DNA of 64,000 nucleotides from Planctomycetales bacterium (GTDB lineage: Bacteria > Planctomycetota > Phycisphaerae > SM23-33): contig JAUWNJ010000001.1 in the NCBI GenBank assembly GCA_030612725.1, forward strand, positions 134,648 through 198,647, written 5' to 3'. The notes under the pieces are model-generated. The model was not told the origin of the DNA and searched no databases. It saw nothing but the letters and a program-made list of their open reading frames with translations. Positions 1-9,358 of this stretch are shown one piece after another; the stretch's first letter is position 1, and the number at the start of each line of letters is the position of its first letter. The position numbers and the translations under genes were made by a program.

Positions 1-1248
1 GAATGATTTTGTCATTGCGAAGTTGGTGTTTTCCGTGGCCGGATCGAAGGCTATCCAGACTCGCGGCGGATTGGCACTGGTCAGGACCAATGCGCCCGAA
101 CCTATGCTGACGAGTCGCTTCTGCTGCGGCGCGCCGACCGGTTCCCATCCCGTAGCCCGACGAACGGCCACAGGTGATAAGTCAACACTCGCCAGAATGG
201 GATGATCGGACAGTACGTCGGCGTCGCGTAAGGCGAAATTTTCCGGCGACTTACCTTTCCGCCACCCCGTCGGCGGCGCGGGCGGGTCAATTACCACCGC
301 AGGCAGACCGGCGGCGGGTAACTTACCGATAGCGATAACGGCGTCGGCCTTGGTCGGGTCGGACACCAGGCGCAGGGCGGGATGTTTCCGAACGAAACGC
401 CGAATAAGCGGGTCAGGCCGGCCTATTATCGCCACGTCGGCCGTTACCTTCCGTCGCCGAACCGCATAGGCCCATGCATCAGGACCCACTCCCTGGTTGG
501 TAATAATGACCGAGTAATAATCACCCGCGCCGGATATTTCCATCACGAACGATTGTCGCCCTCCGGGCCGAAGGTCGTATTCGGGAAATACGGAACTGAC
601 GCCATTACCACTGACGATAACCATGCCCTGTTGTGGCTCGGCCATGTGGTTTCGCAATGCCACGAAGACCTGGACGTTTTTTTCGCCGATGTATCTGACG
701 GCGAATGCGTCGATAGTTACATTCCCCGGCCTGACGGGCAGGGCAATGGTGGTTGTATTGGGGCCGTCTTCGAGTTTCAGTGTTGCCGCAGCGAAACGGT
801 AAGTATGTTGGACGTCCCCGCTCATTACCGGAAGGGTCAGGTCTTCAGCGGCAACGGGGAGCGTGCGAACCTTGTATGCTCGCAGGGTTGCCTCGTGCGG
901 GCTGATAAAATCGCTCGTTCCACCCAAGACCGTTGGCAATATCAGGCGAACGCGGTCGTTGTCCGATAGTCGTTGCAGGAACGCGTGAGTGATTTCTCCG
1001 AGCGTCTCGTGTTCTTCATCCCCAAGCCACGTCAGTTCCGCCGATGGCCAGATGGCTATGGCGATGCGTCTTGCGGGTGCTTCGGAGTAGAACACAGGCT
1101 GCGACAGTGCGATTCCCGCCGCTGTTGCACCGGCCAGAAGCATCAGCCAGGCCGCTGAAATGCGTCGGGTCTTTTTCGCCGCCGGGCCAAGCGATTCGAA
1201 CGTTCGCTGCCAAAGTCGGAGGCTACCGACTGGAATTACCTTGTGCAT
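1..1248 (-). CDS. Hypothetical membrane-anchored protein; 3' end runs off the window start. It is absent from the ORF track because no stop falls inside the window.
   Basis: The minus strand is open for about 416 codons from ATG at 1246-1248 (MHKVIPVGSLRLW...). An N-terminal hydrophobic helix (AAWLMLLAGATAAGIAL) is followed by a large soluble domain. It resembles the N-terminal double-TM/BatA-like proteins seen again at 23329-25848. Confidence 0.55.
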   Translation of the reverse strand, partial: MHKVIPVGSLRLWQRTFESLGPAAKKTRRISAAWLMLLAGATAAGIALSQPVFYSEAPARRIAIAIWPSAELTWLGDEEHETLGEITHAFLQRLSDNDRVRLILPTVLGGTSDFISPHEATLRAYKVRTLPVAAEDLTLPVMSGDVQHTYRFAAATLKLEDGPNTTTIALPVRPGNVTIDAFAVRYIGEKNVQVFVALRNHMAEPQQGMVIVSGNGVSSVFPEYDLRPGGRQSFVMEISGAGDYYSVIITNQGVGPDAWAYAVRRRKVTADVAIIGRPDPLIRRFVRKHPALRLVSDPTKADAVIAIGKLPAAGLPAVVIDPPAPPTGWRKGKSPENFALRDADVLSDHPILASVDLSPVAVRRATGWEPVGAPQQKRLVSIGSGALVLTSANPPRVWIAFDPATENTNFAMTKSF

Positions 1249-1340
1249 CGGTCGGCGAAGCGCCCAAAACGCCGCCGCCGCCACCGGAACCAAAGATAAC
1301 AATGCCCATGGATAAATTAATTGCATCTAAAAACCCGTCG

Positions 1341-1460
1341 GAAATTGTAGTCGGTAGCCGGTAGTCAGTAGTCAGGAAAAGAAGAAATAGTCGGATGTTG
1401 GATTCTTTTCTTCGTTTCTTTTTTACCGGCTACTGGCTATCGACTACGGGCTACTAATCA
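1341..1460. repeat. Imperfect palindromic intergenic element of about 120 bp. It contains GTAGCCGGTAGTCAGTAGT, which is also found at 16727-16745.
   Basis: TAGTCGGTAGCCGGTAGTCAGTAGTCAGG ... ACCGGCTACTGGCTATCGACTACGGGCTACT form inverted arms. The central AAAAGAAGAAA and TTTTCTTCGTTTCTTTTTT are also complementary. Confidence 0.5.
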
Positions 1461-2453
1461 CAATTGTCCCAAATTGTGTTTTTTGATAACCGCTCTGAGC
1501 AGGAGGTAGTTTTTTCCTTTGTAGCGATACACCTCTCCGGATATGTGGAAGATCGCCCCGAATCCCGTTCCTTTATTTGACAGCGTCTCCATTCGCTCCA
1601 GGTATATATTCGGAAGGACTCGCATGGGCGGTTCGCGCAGCGTATTGTCGGCCTCGAATGCGACGCGGGACCATTTTTGCCCTTTCTCGCGGTACAGCAG
1701 TCTTGCCAGCCTGTGAACGGTATTTTTCCCGGGTCCGGAGCGTAGCGTTTTGCCCGATGGTACGCCTGACGTCGAAGGTTCGACTTTGGGCAGTTTCGGC
1801 TTGATGTCCGGTACGATCGGTCGACTTGGCGTCTTGCCGAGCAATTCAGCGGCGACATCATCGGCGGAAGCCCCCGATGGTCTGCTCGTAGCCGGTTGGC
1901 TCGTTGGTTCGACGATGCTCACCACAGGCGGTTCGGCAGGCTTGCTTGTTGTCGTTGTCGTAGCCGGTTCGGTGGTCGGTCTGCTCGTAGCAGCCGGGGC
2001 GGACGAGGTCGATTTCGGTATCAGAAGCACCCGGTGCAGAAGCATGTAGTACCCGCCTCGATACCGGTGGACCTCGCCGGAGAGTTTGAATTTCGCTTTG
2101 GGGTTTTCGGGGAGTTCCTTTTCAAGAGCCTCCAGCGACTCGCACGGAAGAAGATACAGCACGCCCACTCGCGGGTCTTTTATTGTGTTCCACTTATCGG
2201 CGGGGTCCCTGGCGATAGAAGCGACCCGGTCGATAATCATCACGCCGCCCGGAAGCATCGCCCGCCGCCCGCGTGACGGTTTAATCGACGTCGGAAGTGT
2301 AATGGGAACCTCATTCTGGTCGAACGGAGCAATTCGTAGCCCGTTCGCCGGAACACTTGTCGGACTGGTTGAACGGTCGGAAGACTGCGCCGCAGCCCAA
2401 GCCGCTATCGCCAATGCACAAACCATCCAGAATATCCGCATCGGTAACTTCAT
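1458..2453 (-). CDS. Secreted hypothetical protein with a Pro/Thr/Ser-rich linker
   Basis: Signal peptide MKLPMRIFWMVCALAIAAWAAAQS; low-complexity region TSRPTTEPATTTTTSKPAEPP; no recognisable catalytic motifs. Confidence 0.5.
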   Translation of the reverse strand: MKLPMRIFWMVCALAIAAWAAAQSSDRSTSPTSVPANGLRIAPFDQNEVPITLPTSIKPSRGRRAMLPGGVMIIDRVASIARDPADKWNTIKDPRVGVLYLLPCESLEALEKELPENPKAKFKLSGEVHRYRGGYYMLLHRVLLIPKSTSSAPAATSRPTTEPATTTTTSKPAEPPVVSIVEPTSQPATSRPSGASADDVAAELLGKTPSRPIVPDIKPKLPKVEPSTSGVPSGKTLRSGPGKNTVHRLARLLYREKGQKWSRVAFEADNTLREPPMRVLPNIYLERMETLSNKGTGFGAIFHISGEVYRYKGKNYLLLRAVIKKHNLGQL

Positions 2454-2508
2454 AATACCCTATTCCACAGACAACCATTCTACGACCGTCAGGCTCGACT
2501 GTTCAAGT

Positions 2509-2555
2509 CTATTGGCGCACGAGCGCGGGAAGTGCCCACTATATCGTAACCCCCT
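2509..2555. repeat. Left copy of a split palindromic element flanking the PEP-CTERM gene (blocks A+, B-, C-)
   Basis: CTATTGGCGCACGAGCG-CGGGAAGTGCCCAC-TATATC-GTAACCCCC. Block A is a direct repeat of 3700-3716. Blocks B and C are reverse complements of 3673-3699. Confidence 0.55.
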
Positions 2556-2616
2556 GTCGAAGATCCGCCGTGGCGGGGATGCGATTTCGGCAGTCCTTCT
2601 GCCGTCTGGATTAAAC

Positions 2617-3473
2617 TCAGGACCTGCGCCTGCGTAACATTGCCAGCCCGCCGATAGCCAGAAGCGACAGGCTCGCCGGTTCGGGAATGACTGCGACCCA
2701 GGCCTCAGTGTTACCACTGGGGTTGGTCCCGGTGCCCACGATGGTCGTCCCGTCGGTGGATACGCCTGTTGCCTGGGTCAAAGTCCAGCCGGTAAGGTCC
2801 ACGCCCAGGTCCGTCAGTACATCCATGAGGCTTCTCATGCCTTCGTCGGCATCCCAGACGAACGCCTCGGAGCCCGAGGCCGAGGTGCCCTGCCCGACCA
2901 CGACAGACCCGTCGGCAGAGACGCCTTTCGCCTCGCTGGAGAAATCGCCGCCCGGCAGGTCGCCCAAGCCAACCATCCCCCCGCCCGCCGTCCAGCGGAA
3001 CGCCTCCCAGCCCGATGCCGAGATGCTCCTCCCGACCACGACAGACCCGTCGGCAGAGACACCAAGCACCCAGCTGTAGAACTCGCCGCCCGTCAGGTCG
3101 CCCAGGCCAACCATCCCGCCGGCCGCCGTCCAGCGGTACGCCTCCAGGCCCGAGGCCGAGGTGCTCCCCCCGACCACGACAGACCCGTCGGCAGAGACGG
3201 CATACGCGCTGCTGGAGAAATCGCCGCCCGGCAGGTCGCCCAGACCGACCATCCCGCCAGCCTGCGTCCAGCGGAACGCCTCAGGACCCGAGCCCCAGTT
3301 GCCTGTCCCGACCACGACAGACCCATCGGCAGAGACGCCATACGCACAGCTCCAGAAAACACCGCCCGGCAGGTCGCCCAGGCCGGTAAAACTCACCGCC
3401 GCTGAGGCCCGCCCGGCCAAGACGCCCATCAGTATCACCGCCAGTAACAAAACAATCCACTTGCGCTCCATGT
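2617..3473 (-). CDS. PEP-CTERM sorting-domain protein with four internal repeats of about 42 aa
   Basis: Starts MERKWIVLLLAVILMGVLAGRASA (the ORF-track Met at 3651 lies further upstream; the internal Met at 3471-3473 gives a signal peptide). Repeats GLGDLPGGxFxSxAxxVSADGSVVVG. C-terminal PEPASLSLLAIGGLAMLRRRRS is a PEP-CTERM motif plus TM helix plus basic tail. Confidence 0.7.
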
Positions 3474-3672
3474 TCAGTCTCCTTTTCCTTCGTTCTGAAG
3501 ATGTCCCATTTGTCCAACACCGACCCCTCTCTTTTAACTGCACTGCTTCCAAAGCGAGCCGGAGCCATGACGTATAGTATATCACACGTTGTCCCTTTAT
3601 CAAAAATCTCCTCAAAAAATTAGGGATTTTCGAGGTTAAATGGGGGTACAAAAGGCTTCACTCAACTACCCG

Positions 3673-3716
3673 AGGGGGTTACAATGTCTGGGCACTTCCC
3701 TATTGGCCCACGAGCG
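3673..3716. repeat. Right copy of the split palindromic element (blocks C+, B+, A+)
   Basis: GGGGGTTAC-AATGTCT-GGGCACTTCC-CTATTGGCCCACGAGCGG. Together with 2509-2555 it reconstitutes C-B-A-B'-C' if the intervening 1.1 kb is removed. Confidence 0.55.
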
Positions 3717-3735
3717 GTTTTGAGGTAATAGATGG

Positions 3736-3953
3736 CATGATGGATAAATACGAGATAATCATTTTCTGGAGCGAGGAAGACAAGGCATATATCGCCGAGG
3801 TTCCTGAACTACCGGGCTGCATGGCCCACTGGCGACAGTCATGAGGCCGCTTTGGCCAATATCCGCTCGGCAGTGGAATTATGGATTGAAACCGCCAGGG
3901 AATTCGGCGACCCGATCCCCGAACCCAAAGGCCATCGGCTCGTCTTCGCGTAG
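3736..3953 (+). pseudogene. HicB-family (UPF0150) antitoxin remnant with a +1 frameshift; no hicA partner seen
   Basis: MMDKYEIIIFWSEEDKAYIAEVPELPGCMAH then TGA. The next frame continues (G)DSHEAALANIRSAVELWIETAREFGDPIPEPKG, the canonical HicB core. One extra T in CAC-T-GGCGAC breaks the frame. Confidence 0.5.
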
Positions 3954-3987
3954 AAATTAGTCGCTGTGGTTGCGGTGCTCGATCCGA

Positions 3988-4809
3988 TCAATCATCTTTT
4001 TTTGGTTTTTCCAGCAGCATTTTCTTCAGCAGTTTCGGTACGCCCATTTTCAATCGACCGGCGAAAGTAAATTTCTGACGTTGCCTGCTGATGATTCTCC
4101 GGGCGAAGGCCTTTGCTACTCCTTTTCCGTCGGCGCGTGCGCGGACTTTGAACATCGCGGTCTTTCCGGACGGGATGGGTTTCAGGTCCGGCTCGTTAAT
4201 CCGCATAACTACTTCGTCGCCGTATTTCAGAGCGCCGCTGAGTTCCTCCAGCGGTAGTTCGAACGTGTTGGGGTTATCTACTTCGAAGGACAGTTCCATC
4301 CATGACGGCGGGCCTTTGATATACCTGACCTTGCGGAACCGCCAGGACGGTTTCCGAAACGCCGGCATCAGACCGTTGCGAGATACGCGCACAGGTATCT
4401 TCAGGCCTAGAAAATGAAACTTCGACTCGGTGCTGAACCGGTACGGAATTTCCTCTTTCGCGCGAATTTTCGATAACAGCGGCGCCAAATTCGCAAATTC
4501 CACTGAAACCGGTACGCGGACGATTGACGTCTTATTAGCGGGCAAATTCATGACGGGCGTCGGCAGCGCGCCGTGGACGATCTCCGTACCAGCGGACGTA
4601 ACCTGGTAATTCAGGCTCGAAAAATTGAGTTCGAAACCATTGGGGTTGGTTACCTTCATATCGAAGAGAAGATCGATCTTCTTGAAATCGAAACCCCCCA
4701 CGTCGATACTGTGAATCTTGACAATGGGCGGCTTGACGCAGCCGACCGAGACGCTCATCAATAAGGCTGCGACGATTGCGACTGACGCTCTTTGGCGTGT
4801 CGTTCTCAT
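3988..4809 (-). CDS. Lipoprotein with LEA14-like/WHy (LEA_2) domains
   Basis: Lipobox VSVGC. Two repeats resemble the NDR1/HIN1-like late-embryogenesis-abundant fold (IDVGGFDFKKIDLLFDMKVTNPN; SFEVDNPNTFELPLEELSGALKYGDEVV). Confidence 0.45.
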   Translation of the reverse strand: MRTTRQRASVAIVAALLMSVSVGCVKPPIVKIHSIDVGGFDFKKIDLLFDMKVTNPNGFELNFSSLNYQVTSAGTEIVHGALPTPVMNLPANKTSIVRVPVSVEFANLAPLLSKIRAKEEIPYRFSTESKFHFLGLKIPVRVSRNGLMPAFRKPSWRFRKVRYIKGPPSWMELSFEVDNPNTFELPLEELSGALKYGDEVVMRINEPDLKPIPSGKTAMFKVRARADGKGVAKAFARRIISRQRQKFTFAGRLKMGVPKLLKKMLLEKPKKDD

Positions 4810-4820
4810 CTTTTCGCCTC

Positions 4821-6896
4821 CTACTGGTTCGCCTGTCGAGTATAGTTCAACAATCCGCCGGCTGCGAGAATTTCACGCTGGCGGGCGCTGAGGTTGACCC
4901 GGCAGGTGAAATTGAAATCCTTTGTGGTGTTGCGGACGGTAACGGTTTCGGCGGAACCGACAACCTCTGCGACGTTTTCGATGATGAGTTGGTCGCCGGC
5001 GTCTATACGGTCGTAATCACCGGCCTGTTCGAAGGAAAGCGGCAGGATGGCGAAGTTGACCAGGTTTGCCTGGTGGATTCGCTCGATGGTTTTGGCGATA
5101 ACGACCCGGACGCCCAGGTACATCGGACACAGGGCTGCGTGCTCGCGCGACGAACCCTGCCCGTATGAATCGCCCGCGACGATAACGCCGCACCGCCCGG
5201 CCTGTTTGACCGACGTCGCACGTTCGGCGAAGGTTGGCTCGCCCGGTTCGTTCAGCGGCGCGAAGACGTGCTTTGCGTATTCCGGCACATTCGAGCGGAG
5301 TTTCAGCAGCGTCCCTGCCGGCATGATATGGTCGGTGGTAATCTTCTCGCCGACCTTGATGACGGTAACCCCGTCGATTTTTTCCGGCAGCGGTTCTCCG
5401 GCGGGCGGTTTGACGATTGTGGGGCCTCGAATAATTTTGACCTTGGCCGATTCGTCCGGCGGCAGCGGGGGGGTAATCATACCATCGTCAATCAGGAATT
5501 TTTCGACCTGCTGGATTTGCGGATACTCCGCAGACAGTTTTCGCGGGTCGGTGATTTCGCCCGTCAGGGCAGCAGCCACGGCGACCTCCGGCGAAACGAG
5601 ATATGTCTTGTCGCCCTTCGTTCCGGAGCGTCCGGCGAAGTTGCGGTTGAACGTCCGCAGGCTCAACCGACCGTCGCCCGGCGAGAAGCCCTGCCCGATG
5701 CAAGGTCCGCAACCACATTCCAGAATCCGCGCACCGGCGGCTACCATATCGCCCAGCGAACCGTTATCGACCAGCATCTTCAGCACCTGGCGGCTGCCCG
5801 GCGCGATGCCGAGTTCCACACGCGGGTGGACCTTGCGACCCTTAAGCACGGCTGCACACAACATCAGATCGCGAAGGCTGGAATTCGTACACGAACCGAT
5901 AAGCACCTGGTCCACCTTCGTTCCGGCCAGGTCGGTTATGGTTACGACGTTTCCCGGAGACGACGGCGCAGCGGCCATGGGTACGACGTCGGATAAGTCG
6001 ATTACGACCCTGCTGAAACTTACGCTGACCATACCGTCGTCTGGTTCGGATATTTCCGCGTCGGGGCAGTGCCTGCGGATGTTCTCGATAACGGCTGCGT
6101 CCTGCTCGGCGTCGAGGCGCTTGGTTATCCGGTCGTACTCGGCGTCGGCATCGGCCGACAGTGCGGTGAACTGCTCGGTACGTTCCTGGGCGGCGAGAAA
6201 AGCCTGCGTTGCCTCGTCGGACGGGAAAACACTGGTCGTTACGCCCAATTCCGCGCCCATGTTGGTACAGGTCGCACGGGCAGGAACCGAAAGCGACGCA
6301 ACGCCTTCGCCGCAGTATTCGACCACCGCGCCGACGTTGCCGCGAGTTGTCATAATGCTCAGCAGTTTCAGAATAATGTCCTTGGGCGTAACCCAATCGC
6401 TCAATCGGCCTTGGAGTTCCACAGCCACAACGGCTGGGCTTGTCAGATAGAACGCTCCGCCTCCCATTGCCACAGATACGTCAAGCCCTCCGGCTCCGAT
6501 TGCCAGAGCGCCTATTCCCCCGGCGGTGGGCGTATGCGAGTCGCTGCCAAGGAGCGTCCTGCCCGGCGCGGCGAATCGCTCAAGATGAACCTGGTGGCAG
6601 ATACCGTTACCGGGTCGGCTGTGATACGCCCCGACTTTCGCGGCTACGGACTGGAGGTACAAATGGTCGTTGTGGTTTTCGGGTCCGAACTGGGACATGT
6701 TGTGGTCCACGTAGCTGACCGACATCTCCGTCCGGACGCGCGGTACGCCCATCGCCTCGAACAGCAGGAATGCCGTCGTACCGGTGGCGTCCTGCGTGAG
6801 TGTCTGGTCGATGCGGATACCGATTTCTTCGCCGGTCTCCAGTTCGCCGTCAACGACGTGGGCGGCGAGAATCTTTTCCGTTAGTGTGCCTTGCAT
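4821..6896 (-). CDS. Aconitase-family hydratase (691 aa, catalytic plus swivel domains fused)
   Basis: Aconitase signatures GSDSHT, ILECGCGPCIGQG and SGTKGDKTYLVSPEVAVAAALTG; C-terminal swivel-domain-like region. Confidence 0.8.
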   Translation of the reverse strand: MQGTLTEKILAAHVVDGELETGEEIGIRIDQTLTQDATGTTAFLLFEAMGVPRVRTEMSVSYVDHNMSQFGPENHNDHLYLQSVAAKVGAYHSRPGNGICHQVHLERFAAPGRTLLGSDSHTPTAGGIGALAIGAGGLDVSVAMGGGAFYLTSPAVVAVELQGRLSDWVTPKDIILKLLSIMTTRGNVGAVVEYCGEGVASLSVPARATCTNMGAELGVTTSVFPSDEATQAFLAAQERTEQFTALSADADAEYDRITKRLDAEQDAAVIENIRRHCPDAEISEPDDGMVSVSFSRVVIDLSDVVPMAAAPSSPGNVVTITDLAGTKVDQVLIGSCTNSSLRDLMLCAAVLKGRKVHPRVELGIAPGSRQVLKMLVDNGSLGDMVAAGARILECGCGPCIGQGFSPGDGRLSLRTFNRNFAGRSGTKGDKTYLVSPEVAVAAALTGEITDPRKLSAEYPQIQQVEKFLIDDGMITPPLPPDESAKVKIIRGPTIVKPPAGEPLPEKIDGVTVIKVGEKITTDHIMPAGTLLKLRSNVPEYAKHVFAPLNEPGEPTFAERATSVKQAGRCGVIVAGDSYGQGSSREHAALCPMYLGVRVVIAKTIERIHQANLVNFAILPLSFEQAGDYDRIDAGDQLIIENVAEVVGSAETVTVRNTTKDFNFTCRVNLSARQREILAAGGLLNYTRQANQ

Positions 6897-6931
6897 GGAA
6901 AAACTCCGAATTGTTTCCGTCCGGGTTTATT

Positions 6932-7690
6932 TTACCGGTTGCGACGGTATGTTTTTCTCGGTGGTGTTCCGTTCCAGTGTTCCAGCCAGAATTTCATCGC
7001 CACTTCCGGGTGCCGTTCATGCCCGCTGCCGGGAATGACTTTGGTGGTAACTTTGAAACCCGCCGATCGTAGGTAAGCGATGCCCTTCTCTGATTGGTCC
7101 TTAATCGTGCCCAGGTCGTTCTGGGTATAATAGACCATCACAGGCGTCTTGACGGCTTCGGGCGGATACCATCCGTCCAGTGCGTTGCGATTGAAATTAC
7201 CGCTGCGTGATACAACGACGGAGAAAATGTCCGGATGCCTCATCCCGATGAAATAGACTGGGAACCCTCCACCGGAGAATCCCGTCATCATAATGTTCCG
7301 CCGGTCGATGTTGTAGATGTAGTGCATCTGCCCGATAATGCTCATAATCAGGCATTCGTCGCGCAGGAGTTGATTGATGTCGCCTGCGCCGAGTATCCCG
7401 TCGGTGCTGGTGAGTTTCGGGCAGATGAGGAGACATCCGTAATTTTCGGCCAGCATCTTCCATTCACCGACATGGTGAGCGGCTACGTCGAACGGGGCGG
7501 TTCCGTGGCAGGAGACGATTACCGGCGTGGGTCTGTCACGACGGTAGGTGCTAGGGACGTAAAGGTAATACAGTCTTCCGGTAATAGGCTCGACCAGAAG
7601 CCTGGGGTCAACAGGCGTATTCTGATCCTGGGGCACGGCACAGCCTGCCAGGCACAACAAGACCAAACATATTGTCAGGAAAATACGCAT
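6932..7690 (-). CDS. Alpha/beta-hydrolase lipoprotein of the esterase/PHB-depolymerase family
   Basis: Lipobox LAGCAV; nucleophile elbow GFSGGG; HGTAP near the N-terminus, typical of the esterase_phb family. Confidence 0.6.
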   Translation of the reverse strand: MRIFLTICLVLLCLAGCAVPQDQNTPVDPRLLVEPITGRLYYLYVPSTYRRDRPTPVIVSCHGTAPFDVAAHHVGEWKMLAENYGCLLICPKLTSTDGILGAGDINQLLRDECLIMSIIGQMHYIYNIDRRNIMMTGFSGGGFPVYFIGMRHPDIFSVVVSRSGNFNRNALDGWYPPEAVKTPVMVYYTQNDLGTIKDQSEKGIAYLRSAGFKVTTKVIPGSGHERHPEVAMKFWLEHWNGTPPRKTYRRNR

Positions 7691-8036
7691 CTCATTCGCG
7701 CTCGCACATTTATTTGTCCGGATGCCTTCGTGTGAACATAAGGTAATATAAAATCACGCCGCCAAAAAGCAAGCGCCGATGGAGCGCAGCATCGTCATCG
7801 GCATAGAGATATTTCCGCGTTGACTGGTCATAAATATTCACGATGTGATCAAAAAAACATCCGACAAAAAATCTTCAACGCATTTGTGCTAAAGTGAAGG
7901 CGCGCTTTGTGTCGAAAAAATTTTTAGTTAAAAGATTTTTTATGTTTGGAAAAAGTAAGCAGTCTGTGTAAAAAACTATTACGTGGTTTAATGGAAAACT
8001 TTTTTGGAAACACCTAACCCGAGAGGAGGTGGCAAA

Positions 8037-8252
8037 ATGGCAAAGAAGAAAGCCAAAAAGAAAGCCACGAAGAAGAAGGTAGCAAAGAAGACGACGACGA
8101 AGAAAAAAGCAACAAAGAAGAAAGTAGCAAAGAAAAAGGTAGCGAAGAAAAAAGTGGTAAAGAAAAAAGTGGTAAAGAAAAAAGCCACGAAGAAGAAAGT
8201 GGCGAAGAAAAAAACCGCAAAGAAAAAAGTAGCGAAGAAGAAAAAGAGATAA
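8037..8252 (+). CDS. Lysine-rich histone H1-like nucleoid protein
   Basis: MAKKKAKKKATKKKVAKKTTTKKKATKKKVAKKKVAKKKVVKKK... (about 45% Lys, tandem KKKAxKKKVA repeats). GGAGG sits 6 nt before ATG 8037. The upstream region 7700-8030 is AT-rich. Confidence 0.7.
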   Translation: MAKKKAKKKATKKKVAKKTTTKKKATKKKVAKKKVAKKKVVKKKVVKKKATKKKVAKKKTAKKKVAKKKKR

Positions 8253-8305
8253 GTTCCACGGTTGAAAACAGCCGGAACGAAACATACGAGACCTGAAAGG
8301 GTTTC

Positions 8306-9358
8306 GTGAGCAGCAGGCGCCCTTGCCACGGCGGTGCCTGCTGCTTTTTTTATGCGCTTCGTAACACGAGCGAGACACCCGCGGGCACGTATGAACTTGC
8401 AGGGTCGGCAAACGGGCCTATAATATCGTGCGTGCGAACAATCGCTATAACCAACCAAAAAGGCGGCGTGGGAAAGACCACAACGACCGCCAATCTCGGT
8501 GCGGCCTTGGCTGGACGCGGAAAAAACGTCTGCCTTATCGATCTGGACCCGCAGGCACACCTCGCGATGCACTTCGGTATCGACCCGAAGACGACACAGG
8601 CGAGTATGTACGACGTCCTTACCTCCGATACGCCACTTACTCGCGCTGCCGTCGGCATCGAAAAAAACCTGACAGTCGTCCCGTCGGTAATCGACCTTGC
8701 AGCCGCCGAGGTCGAACTCGCCGGGGCCGTCGGGCGCGAGCAGATACTCCGCGACCGTATCACCGAAGAAAATCTACCGTACGATCTTATAATAATCGAC
8801 TGCCCGCCAAGCCTGGGTCTGCTGACGCTCAACTCGCTTGCAGCGGCGGACGAAGTCCTTATCCCGCTCCAGCCTCACTTCCTCGCCCTCCAGGGACTCG
8901 GACAACTCCTGGAGACCGTCTCGCTGGTGCGTCGTCGGATCAACCCGTCCCTGACCGTCGCCGGCGTAATCTTCTGCATGTTCGAGACCGGAACCCGCCT
9001 GTCGGGTGAAGTAGTCGATGACGTGCGGAACTTTTTCGCATCCGCGCGAGGCGGCGACGCGCCGTGGTCGCAGACGCATATTTTCCAGACTCGCATCCGA
9101 CGCAACGTCAAACTCGCAGAGTGCCCCAGTTACGGAACGACCATCTGGAATTACGACCCGTTGAGCCACGGGGCTGAAGACTACGCCGCTCTGGCAGATG
9201 AATTCCTGACCGCATTTATTAACGACGACGAAAATAACGCCGAGCAGGTAGAGCAGGACACCGCTATCGAGGTCGGTGAACCGGCTGTCGCCGGTGATGA
9301 AGCCGCCGCCGAACCTGTCGAACCGCAGGCAGCTCAATCCGCCGATACGCCACAATGA
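8306..9358 (+). CDS. ParA/Soj-family P-loop ATPase with an acidic C-terminal extension; no parB nearby
   Basis: Deviant Walker A KGGVGKTTTTANL; motifs DLDPQ and IIDCPPSLG; C-terminal tail DDENNAEQVEQDTAIEVGEPAVAGDEAAAEPVEP. The start codon is uncertain, since the conserved core begins around residue 43. Confidence 0.75.
   Translation: MSSRRPCHGGACCFFYALRNTSETPAGTYELAGSANGPIISCVRTIAITNQKGGVGKTTTTANLGAALAGRGKNVCLIDLDPQAHLAMHFGIDPKTTQASMYDVLTSDTPLTRAAVGIEKNLTVVPSVIDLAAAEVELAGAVGREQILRDRITEENLPYDLIIIDCPPSLGLLTLNSLAAADEVLIPLQPHFLALQGLGQLLETVSLVRRRINPSLTVAGVIFCMFETGTRLSGEVVDDVRNFFASARGGDAPWSQTHIFQTRIRRNVKLAECPSYGTTIWNYDPLSHGAEDYAALADEFLTAFINDDENNAEQVEQDTAIEVGEPAVAGDEAAAEPVEPQAAQSADTPQ

Noticed and set aside
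382-969. 195-aa plus-strand ORF
   Set aside because: It lies antisense to a far longer, coherent minus-strand reading frame (1-1248) with a TM helix. Long spurious antisense ORFs are typical of GC-rich DNA.
5047-6450. 467-aa plus-strand ORF
   Set aside because: It is antisense to the aconitase-family gene, and its translation is low-complexity and Ser/Arg-rich with no motifs.
7875-8572. Minus-strand ORFs with poly-F/L repeats (178, 194 and 81 aa)
   Set aside because: They are reverse-complement artefacts of the AAGAAG-rich histone-like gene. That gene has an RBS and coherent periodic repeats on the plus strand.
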